From a virus: a stretch of DNA of 64,000 bases. A model generated the notes under the pieces. The model did no database searches. It was not told the origin of the DNA and saw only the letters and a program-made list of their open reading frames with translations. Below are positions 50,355 to 57,856 of this stretch, one piece after another. A program made the position numbers and the translations under genes. Every line of letters begins with the position of its first letter. Positions within the stretch are counted from its first letter, which is position 1. The stretch covers positions 1-64,000 of the IMG/VR virus record IMGVR_UViG_3300031334_000002; one strand, given 5' to 3'.

Positions 50355-50791
50355 TGGCATGGAACTTGCAGATGCAATAAACGTGCCAGTGTTCTAGCTG
50401 GCATGGAACTTGCAGTAGCAATAATTGTACCAGAGCTACCCCTTGCAAGTAACGGACCAAGAAGACTTGGCAACCTACTTGCAGATGCAATAGTTGTGCC
50501 AACCTTCTAAGATAGTTCTTGACACATAATAGTTTGATTACCCAAACAAAGATAGTTCTTGACAAACCTTTTAGTATGCAAGATCTATGCCATTAATACC
50601 TTGTCAAGTGTTAATATTCTGACACCCATTGTATAAACATTTTACATATCTATCAGGATAACAGAATGACCGCTCTAAGCTATCCTAACGTTACCCCTAG
50701 TCAGTACATGGAAAGTTATTTTAAATGGATTCTAGAGGTAATCTGAGCTGCCACAGATTGTTGGTATTAGGTCTATGGCATGTTTCTTGCA
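50355..50791. promoter_or_regulatory. Array of nine sigma-54 (RpoN) -24/-12 consensus sites
   Basis: TGG-N8-TTGCW with exact GG-N10-GC spacing at 50355+, 50373-, 50399+, 50417-, 50444-, 50468+, 50486-, 50577-, 50776+. Confidence 0.85.
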
Positions 50792-50809
50792 ATACCTTCT
50801 TATAGTGTA

Positions 50810-51184
50810 TATAAAAATAGTGCTTGTAATAAATGACACATGGTGTATACTGGTTATATAGAAATAAACAACAAAGGAATTAAATATGACTAAGTGTCCA
50901 AGTATTTTAACTCACCTATTAAGCGTTTATAAATCAGCCAATGATGAGGGAGCTGCTTACAGAACATTAAAGGCTTGTGTATTCACTAATAATCAGCCAG
51001 TCAATATAGTGTCAGCGATGACGGCGATTAGAGACATTCAATGTATGATTAGATTAGATAGGTGTCATGCTGTAGAATTAGAGTATTGTATCAGATACTT
51101 TTCAGAAGTAACGGCATATAGTGCGATTGAAATAAATCAGCGATTATAAAAATAGTGCTTGTAATAAATGACACATGGTGTATA
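50810..51184 (+). repeat. 40-bp perfect direct repeat containing an early promoter (50810-50849 and 51145-51184)
   Basis: TATAAAAATAGTGCTTGTAATAAATGACACATGGTGTATA twice, flanking ORF 50886-51149. Confidence 0.9.
50886..51149 (+). CDS. Early hypothetical protein
   Basis: Own promoter and AAGGA RBS. Confidence 0.6.
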   Translation: MTKCPSILTHLLSVYKSANDEGAAYRTLKACVFTNNQPVNIVSAMTAIRDIQCMIRLDRCHAVELEYCIRYFSEVTAYSAIEINQRL

Positions 51185-51217
51185 ATGAAGTATAGAAACA
51201 AACAACAAAGGGAACTT

Positions 51218-51484
51218 ATGAACTTAGACACTACACTTATAGAAAATTTAGAGCTGATAGACAAAAAGAGAGTAGGTCAGGAATTTGAAATGATTTCAAA
51301 GCATGGTAACGCATACAGGTTTAGTCTTATTTTTAATAGTCGTGGTAACTATGGCTATATAATTGAAAGGCAAAACGGAATTACAGGAAAATACCATTTT
51401 GAAACTTCTAGCGGATACCTAACAAGTAGGTCTCACCTATATCAATGCGTGGAGTCTCAAGTATTTTACCACTATGAACTTTAA
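51218..51484 (+). CDS. Early hypothetical protein
   Basis: Start reassigned downstream of promoter, AGGGA RBS. Confidence 0.6.
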   Translation: MNLDTTLIENLELIDKKRVGQEFEMISKHGNAYRFSLIFNSRGNYGYIIERQNGITGKYHFETSSGYLTSRSHLYQCVESQVFYHYEL

Positions 51485-51556
51485 TACTTTTTAATTATGA
51501 CACATGGTGTATAATGAGCTGATTTACTAGAGTGTAACAAAGATAGGGGGTAACTA

Positions 51557-51817
51557 ATGATTTACTTTGTGCAATTACTAAAAGCTGTTAAAGATAAAAG
51601 AATGTTAGCAATGATGCTAAATGATATTCAGTGGGAAGTGGAGGAGCTAGGTTACACTGGTCTAGAGAGTGAACTAATAAATGAATTATTGTCTAGTCAT
51701 TTTGGTGTCGAGATAGAATGCCCTAATCAACTAGATATGTTAACTAAGTGGGTACTCAATAATCAAGGTCTCATCAATACAAAGGCTGAAGAACTAGTGA
51801 AATCATATAACCTGTAA
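51557..51817 (+). CDS. Early acidic helical protein
   Basis: AGGGGG RBS; followed by terminator. Confidence 0.6.
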   Translation: MIYFVQLLKAVKDKRMLAMMLNDIQWEVEELGYTGLESELINELLSSHFGVEIECPNQLDMLTKWVLNNQGLINTKAEELVKSYNL

Positions 51818-51841
51818 ACTAGGTAACATTTAAAAGATCAT

Positions 51842-51867
51842 AGCCCCTAGAAATAGGGGTTTTTTTT
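51842..51867 (+). terminator. Intrinsic terminator
   Basis: AGCCCCTA-GAAA-TAGGGGTT then T-run. Confidence 0.9.
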
Positions 51868-52574
51868 GGTTAAAATAGTTATTGACAAACAGTGGCACTT
51901 GTGCATACAGGGGATAGTTGCAATGACCTAAAACTGCTGGAAGAACTGGACCTAATATTGACTGAGATAGAGGTAAGTGGTTGATATCAAAGGGGTTTTA
52001 TGGCAGCCTTCTTTGGTATACCCTATACACTACTTTTAAGCTGTATAACCTAATTCGCTATCAGCTAGTAACCTTAAGCACTCTTTATTGTAATGTTTGG
52101 AAGTTTTATAGATAAGAAAAATGTTGGTGACTACATGGTTACTCTGTACTACCAGTTGTTAAATGTTGACTTACGCATTTAGTTAAATGGCGAATTTCTA
52201 GGATAGGAGACCTAAGAGGATGTAATAGATATTAAAGCACGGTCGTACTTACGCACAACTAAGTTGTTGATTACTGGTGAGCGTAAACAGATTCCAAGTA
52301 CTTACAAAATGTAATTTGGTGGAAAGATTTTCAGGTATTAAAATAATAATTCAATTATAGCCTATTATTAAATAGTTATAATAAATTATTTTCTTTACAC
52401 GAGGTGTTATTTTTGCTATTATAGTTATAGGGAAACAAAACAAGGGATTAAAGCAATGAACCAACTAAACGAAGATTATATCTTTGAAGTGAGGAAAAAA
52501 TGAAGTGGACTTAGACAATTATACCGCAAAAGGTCAATGTTAAAAAATACTTCACTTTCGGGGAGAAAATAGTA

Positions 52575-52967
52575 ATGAAAATAGAAATAACACCTAAACA
52601 ATTATACTTGATAGAACTAATTAATGAGAAGCGGGGTAAAAGAAATAAGTTATTAGCTAGTCAGTCTTCCATAGACTATTACACTAAGTGGTGGGCTGAT
52701 TACGCTCTAGAAATAATAGAAGAGCTAGGAGACTTTGATTTTAGTGGGGTAGAGGTAGAGATAACAGATAGCACTAGTTCAAATTGTTATCGTTCAGAAA
52801 ATTATAAAGTAACATCTCCTAGAAAGCTAGAATCAAGAGACCTAGATATACTTAGAGCTTATGATACTTTTATGGGAGGTCAGGAGGTGGGAAAGTTATA
52901 CCGAGAGGAGGAGATAAACGGAAAATTTGTCTATAATCTAAAATCGGTATGTGATAGTTCAGACTAA
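52575..52967 (+). CDS. Early hypothetical protein
   Basis: GGGGAG RBS, 130 aa. Confidence 0.6.
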   Translation: MKIEITPKQLYLIELINEKRGKRNKLLASQSSIDYYTKWWADYALEIIEELGDFDFSGVEVEITDSTSSNCYRSENYKVTSPRKLESRDLDILRAYDTFMGGQEVGKLYREEEINGKFVYNLKSVCDSSD

Positions 52968-53068
52968 ACAAAATTATTAGAATAGTGGTTTATTTTTTAA
53001 TTGACATACTGTATTAAATAATGTATACTAATTTTAGAAGGTAATAAATGATTCAAAAAGGAGACAGC

Positions 53069-53221
53069 ATGACTATTACTAAACAAATATCAGTTATCAT
53101 TAGAATTCTAAACAATTCTAGATTACACACTTGCCCTTGTGGATTTCAATGTATGCCTATGATTGTCAGTGGTAATAAGTTTACGTGTCCAGAATGTGAA
53201 AATGAAAGCGAGATTCAATAA
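53069..53221 (+). CDS. 50-aa zinc-ribbon protein (not in ORF track)
   Basis: AGGAG RBS; CPCG...CPEC; own promoter at 53001. Confidence 0.6.
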   Translation: MTITKQISVIIRILNNSRLHTCPCGFQCMPMIVSGNKFTCPECENESEIQ

Positions 53222-53504
53222 TGATAGAATTATTTGTATACATTAACGGCTTTGTTATTGTAACAATAATCGGTATTGATATGTTGATGAATAGTAAAAG
53301 GAGAAGATAGTGAAATATGTAATTGCGCCACATAAAGGATACTGGGCAGTATGGGAAGATGTTGACAATTGGAAGAAGTGTAACCCTATTAGTGATCTTT
53401 ATGTGGATTATATGGGAGCATTCCAATGGTTATTAACAAAATAGTTATTGACGCAGTGTATAAAGTATGATATAATTATGTATAACCTAAAAAAGAGGAC
53501 AATC

Positions 53505-54152
53505 ATGGAAAAATCAATACTCGAAAAAATACAAAAACTTTTAAAACTAGCCGAGTCGTCAAATGAGAATGAAGCAAAACTAGCAATGACTAAAGCGCAG
53601 GACCTCATGTTGAGACATAATATCAGTATGCGTAGCGTTGAAAACCATGATAGTGAATATATCAATGAAACTTCAGACACTTTTAAAAGAAAGCCCGAAA
53701 ATTCGGACTATATCAATAACATTTTAAGAAAATACTTTTTTATTGAGATAGTAACATCTAAAAGACATGGGGGTTCATTTTTTAATTATATAGGTGAAAA
53801 AAATAACGTTAATACGGCTATTTATATGAGAAACTTTATAACTGATACTTTTAAAAGGTTGTGGTTAGACTACAAAAAAGAGACTGGGGTAAGTGTTAGG
53901 TCTAAAAGTTCTTTCATGTATGGATTACATCAAGGTTTTTGTGAGAAGTTAGAAGAACAACGACAAAACGTAGAGCAAGAAACAGGACTAGTACTTGTAA
54001 ACGACCAAAAAGCAACCAACAAAATGAATGAATTATTTTCTAAATTGTCAAAGGGTAGGGCTTCAAAAACTACTATTAGGGATTGTCAAGCTGTTAATAG
54101 TGGTGTAAGACAAGGTAAAAAGATTACAATATCAGCAGGTGCACTAAAATAG
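53505..54152 (+). CDS. DUF2786-domain protein
   Basis: ILEKIQKLLKLAES.NENEAKLAM.KAQ.LM.RHNI; SFMYG; start after GAGG. Confidence 0.85.
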   Translation: MEKSILEKIQKLLKLAESSNENEAKLAMTKAQDLMLRHNISMRSVENHDSEYINETSDTFKRKPENSDYINNILRKYFFIEIVTSKRHGGSFFNYIGEKNNVNTAIYMRNFITDTFKRLWLDYKKETGVSVRSKSSFMYGLHQGFCEKLEEQRQNVEQETGLVLVNDQKATNKMNELFSKLSKGRASKTTIRDCQAVNSGVRQGKKITISAGALK

Positions 54153-54203
54153 TTATTGACATACTATAACACACTGTGTTATACTTAGGTAAGGGAGTAA
54201 AAG

Positions 54204-54674
54204 GTGAACTACAAAAGAAAAGACATTGATCTAGCTTATAGTAATATTAGAACTATTATTGATAAGCTCATGATACGATATCAGGTTAATTTTAAGCCCT
54301 CTAGTAATGCTCCTAGTACTTACAAGGCTATGCGCTCTAAAAGAGACGAGAACGGCTATTTCGTTGTTTACAACGGTGGTGATCATGGACTACTAGGTGA
54401 GGACTATAATATTAAGTTTAGAGCCCTACATGACTTTATGCATTACAAGCATAATTTAAGTTTTAAATTTGAAGATGAAAGAAAATTGTCCGATATAACA
54501 ATGATAACTTTTAGTGAAATGGCATGGGGTGAACTAAACATTACAGCTTGGCAGACTCATTGCATTCGACAAGTTATAGATAGGGAAATAAGAGGACAAA
54601 TTGATTATTTTGAAACAAGAGGTCACTATGTACCTAATCAAAGTGTGTTTATTTTAGACCACTTCAACTTATAA
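54204..54674 (+). CDS. Hypothetical protein with N..FRALHD..H (zincin-like) motif
   Basis: NIKFRALHDFMH, F..E, EIRGQ. Confidence 0.55.
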   Translation: MNYKRKDIDLAYSNIRTIIDKLMIRYQVNFKPSSNAPSTYKAMRSKRDENGYFVVYNGGDHGLLGEDYNIKFRALHDFMHYKHNLSFKFEDERKLSDITMITFSEMAWGELNITAWQTHCIRQVIDREIRGQIDYFETRGHYVPNQSVFILDHFNL

Positions 54675-54689
54675 ACAAAAGGAATTTAC

Positions 54690-55175
54690 ATGAAAAAACT
54701 AATCGCATTGGCTACTCTAGTTTTACTAACAAGTTGCGGGAAAGACATTTCAGTTATTGAAACTTTTAAAACTCAAGATTTCGAAGGTTTCTATTTTTGC
54801 GACAATCAATCAAGTTTAGAATTACTAGTTGATTTTAACAATAGAGTGACATTTGAAACAAGCGGTCAATCTCTTAATACCGTTAATCCAGTTAACGACA
54901 CACTAGGGACACATCCAACAATTGGAGAAAGGGATTTATTGATGGCTAACAATAAACTAATAGTTACACCTAGAAACTACAACTATAATTCAGCCACACA
55001 CGATATCGAAGAGGACATTGGTGGGTCCGACATCAATGGTAACAGACGCACGGACTTAGAGGTAGTTTTGGTTAAAGAAAAGGAAGTGAACATTACTATC
55101 AGCATTTTTGCTAATGCTGTAAATTCAAATGTCAATAATGTTGTAGTAAAAAGAACAATTAATTGTAAAAAATAA
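54690..55175 (+). CDS. Lipoprotein (possible superinfection-exclusion/receptor-blocking)
   Basis: Signal MKKLIALATLVLLTSC lipobox; function is inference. Confidence 0.6.
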   Translation: MKKLIALATLVLLTSCGKDISVIETFKTQDFEGFYFCDNQSSLELLVDFNNRVTFETSGQSLNTVNPVNDTLGTHPTIGERDLLMANNKLIVTPRNYNYNSATHDIEEDIGGSDINGNRRTDLEVVLVKEKEVNITISIFANAVNSNVNNVVVKRTINCKK

Positions 55176-55588
55176 GTTGACAATAATAACGCATAGTGTA
55201 TAATTAAAGTAAGTCAAAAAGGGGGTATTTATGGCATCACAAAATTATCTAAATACTCAAGAAGGTGAAACTACGGAATTGGTTCAAATTTTCCTACCTA
55301 CCATAGATACCCCCCCTTCTATTTCTCGTTTACATGAGCTGAGGATGACGAAAAGAGTAATGGACAAAGTAAAGAAACAAAGCGAAACATTTTATAGATA
55401 TAACGACAAGGAGAATGTAGCATGAAAGGATTAAATAGTCAGAATTTTTTCTATTTAGGATTACTAATTGGTTTATCTATTTTAATAATTATGCAGGAGC
55501 TACTGGAATGGTTTATTGGATAACAAAACATTTAATTTTATTGTACTTTTTAATTTTTATAATCAATCAAGCTTAATAGGAGCATAAC

Positions 55589-56230
55589 ATGGCAGATAAA
55601 AAAGGGAACACTGGTTACAGGAACACTGGTTACAGGAACACTGGTGACATGAACACTGGTAACTATAACAATGGTGACAGTAACACTGGTAGCTGTAACA
55701 CTGGTTACAGGAACACTGGTAACATGAACACTGGTAACATGAACACTGGTAGCTGGAACACTGGTAACATGAACACTGGTAGCTGGAACACTGGTAACTG
55801 GAACACTGGTAACTATAACACTGGTAGCTGTAACACAACAACACCTAATGTTAGATTATTTAACAAAGAAACAGACTGGAAATTTACGGGGACGAAGTAC
55901 GCATCTTTTTTGAATAAAATTTATAAATACCAATGTAATCTTTGTAGGTGGGTATATAGTAAAGACATGACACTTGAAGAGAAAAGGGACCATAAGACAC
56001 ACGAAACTACAGGAGGTTATTTAAAAGTGTTAAAATCTAAATACAACGAAAAAGAAGTCTCAAAAGAGGACATTGATTACTTTGAAAGTCTTCCTAACTT
56101 TTGTCCTAAGATACTAGAGGAGACTACTGGAATTGTATTAAATAAAACCAAAACAATAGAAATTGACGGAGAGACCATTGAAATTAGTCTAGATAGTTTT
56201 AATCAATTAAAGAAAAGTTTACTTAAATAG
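55589..56230 (+). CDS. NTGxx pentapeptide-repeat protein
   Basis: ~15 tandem 15-bp units AACACTGGT-N6 (55607-55835); ETTGGYLK, SLPNF..I..E.TGI C-terminus. Confidence 0.85.
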   Translation: MADKKGNTGYRNTGYRNTGDMNTGNYNNGDSNTGSCNTGYRNTGNMNTGNMNTGSWNTGNMNTGSWNTGNWNTGNYNTGSCNTTTPNVRLFNKETDWKFTGTKYASFLNKIYKYQCNLCRWVYSKDMTLEEKRDHKTHETTGGYLKVLKSKYNEKEVSKEDIDYFESLPNFCPKILEETTGIVLNKTKTIEIDGETIEISLDSFNQLKKSLLK

Positions 56231-56240
56231 GAGAAGGACT

Positions 56241-56651
56241 ATGCGTCAAGTTGTATTTACAGAATTTTTTATCTTTTCAGCACATAAAAAGGGACTCTCG
56301 GTAAACGAGAATCATAAGAGGTCTAGAGAGCTTTGGAATGTTTTAACAGATTTAGGTGTCAACTTTGTTAACGTGGGAGGATGTTATAAAGACGATAAAC
56401 AACAATCAATTATGTTACTAGACGGGAATGAGGAAACTGTAAAAGAGCTATGCGGCTTATATGATCAAGAAAGCTACTTGCATAGAAGTGCGGATAACTC
56501 CGTTTTACTTAAAATGTTAGAAGGGGAAATTATAGAGTTAGGAGAACCATTGGTAATAACTCAAAATGAACTAAACGATTTTGAAAGTTACACAATTTTA
56601 CCTCAAAAAAATGGCACTAATCTGTATTTTACTTTTAAAAAGGTACAATAA
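56241..56651 (+). CDS. S-adenosylmethionine lyase (T3 SAMase-like)
   Basis: Aligns by eye to T3 gp0.3: FIFSA...N..R...L, GCYK, L...Y.QES.L, YTI. Confidence 0.75.
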   Translation: MRQVVFTEFFIFSAHKKGLSVNENHKRSRELWNVLTDLGVNFVNVGGCYKDDKQQSIMLLDGNEETVKELCGLYDQESYLHRSADNSVLLKMLEGEIIELGEPLVITQNELNDFESYTILPQKNGTNLYFTFKKVQ

Positions 56652-56695
56652 AGGTTGACAAGTAATGACACATAGTGTATACTTAGGTAAGGGAG

Positions 56696-57250
56696 ATGAG
56701 AATGAACTACAGCAAGAACATTGAAAATATCTTTAAGCAAGCAAAACCTTATCAGATCGCTCAAGGCAAAAATTGGTATAGACAAGCTAATGCGTTTTGT
56801 GAAGAAATTTCACAAAGTCATAATTTGCCTACTTGGAAAGTGGCGTTAATTGTTTCTGCATTGTCACCTAGAAATAAATGGCATAGAAATAAACTAGACG
56901 CTATCAATCTAATTGAAAAACAATTAGACGGGAAGTATTCAACTTTTAATTCTAATAGAGATAAGGCTATCAATATTCTAGGTTGTGAGAATATATTACA
57001 AGGGCTATCTCTACTAGGTAAAGGTAAGAAAACACGAGCTTTCTTTTTTAACATCTATAACCCAAAAAGTAAGGTTGTTTGCGTAGACTCGTGGGCGTGT
57101 AGGATAGCTGGACATCCAAAAGACTCACCTACTCCTAAGCAATATGACGTTATAAGTGACGCATATAAAAAGGTAGCAAGTAAGTTTAACATGACGGCTA
57201 GTGAATTACAGGCAATTACTTGGTGTGTATTTAGAGGAGCTGCGGCATGA
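56696..57250 (+). CDS. Conserved phage protein with HhH-GPD glycosylase-like features
   Basis: G..WY..A, SALSPR.KW..N, KTRAF..NI, VCVD.WA, QAITW. Confidence 0.6.
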   Translation: MRMNYSKNIENIFKQAKPYQIAQGKNWYRQANAFCEEISQSHNLPTWKVALIVSALSPRNKWHRNKLDAINLIEKQLDGKYSTFNSNRDKAINILGCENILQGLSLLGKGKKTRAFFFNIYNPKSKVVCVDSWACRIAGHPKDSPTPKQYDVISDAYKKVASKFNMTASELQAITWCVFRGAAA

Positions 57251-57364
57251 TGATATTTTTAACATGTAACGATTGTAACGAAGAGGTAGAGGTCTATTGT
57301 GATGGTGACGGTCCTATGATGTGTCCAGAGTGTATGAGTATTGATAACTTTAGTGAGGTGGATT

Positions 57365-57628
57365 ATGAATAAACGAGAACAATTAAAAAAAGAATTAAAA
57401 GGTAAATTTTTTACAGTAGTATTCACTAAGAAAAACGGCACACTTAGGAAAATGAATGCAAGACTTGGTGTTACTAAACATTTAAAAGGTGGCAGTAAGT
57501 CTTTTAATGACGCTGATTTTAATTATCTAACAGTCTTTGACCTACAAAAGAAAGCTTATAGAACTGTAAACCTAAACACTGTAAAAAAGATAACCTGTAA
57601 AAAAGACTTGACGCATCTTGTTAATTAG
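57365..57628 (+). CDS. SH3/WYL-like beta-barrel protein (DUF2693-like)
   Basis: FTVVFTKKNGTLRKMNA...VFDL.KKAYRTVN. Confidence 0.75.
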   Translation: MNKREQLKKELKGKFFTVVFTKKNGTLRKMNARLGVTKHLKGGSKSFNDADFNYLTVFDLQKKAYRTVNLNTVKKITCKKDLTHLVN

Positions 57629-57856
57629 GATATAATATAAATAGGAGGTAATTATGAACTTAAACGAAAAAGATTTTAAATTAATTATCAAAAGCTTAGA
57701 ACTTCTTACAAAAGAAGCCGACAGTCAAAAAAGCAAACAATACATAGTAGAACTTAGGGATTACTTTTCGAATGCGCTTTGTGATATGTTACCCCTAGAA
57801 ACAACTAAAGAAGATTGTCCAGACTATAATAGACTAACAGTAGAGGAGAGTAACAA

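Larger units (their letters stand above)
52394..57636 (+). promoter_or_regulatory. Series of sigma70 early promoters
   Basis: -35/-10 pairs at 52394, 53001, 53448, 54156, 55177, 56655, 57608 (TTGACA/TTGACG/TTTACA, 16-18 bp, TATAAT/TATACT/TATTAT). Confidence 0.85.

Noticed and set aside
50432-50447. Tenth sigma-54 site (AGAGCTACCCCTTGCA)
   Set aside because: Has the -12 TTGCA but lacks the -24 GG; at best a decayed copy
50355-50501. CRISPR-like mini-array
   Set aside because: Units alternate in orientation, are 16 bp with variable interiors and are separated by only 2-11 bp; no cas genes; the RpoN consensus explains them better
50142-50565. ORFs 50142-50360(-), 50328-50510(+), 50335-50565(-)
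   Set aside because: No RBS, atypical composition; by-products of the C-tract and site array
51882-51910. Early promoter at TTGACA 51882
   Set aside because: Has the shared AAAATAGTTATTGAC upstream part but no convincing -10 and no downstream ORF
55563-55844. Cys-rich YQCS-repeat ORF on - strand
   Set aside because: Antisense shadow of the NTGxx repeat gene
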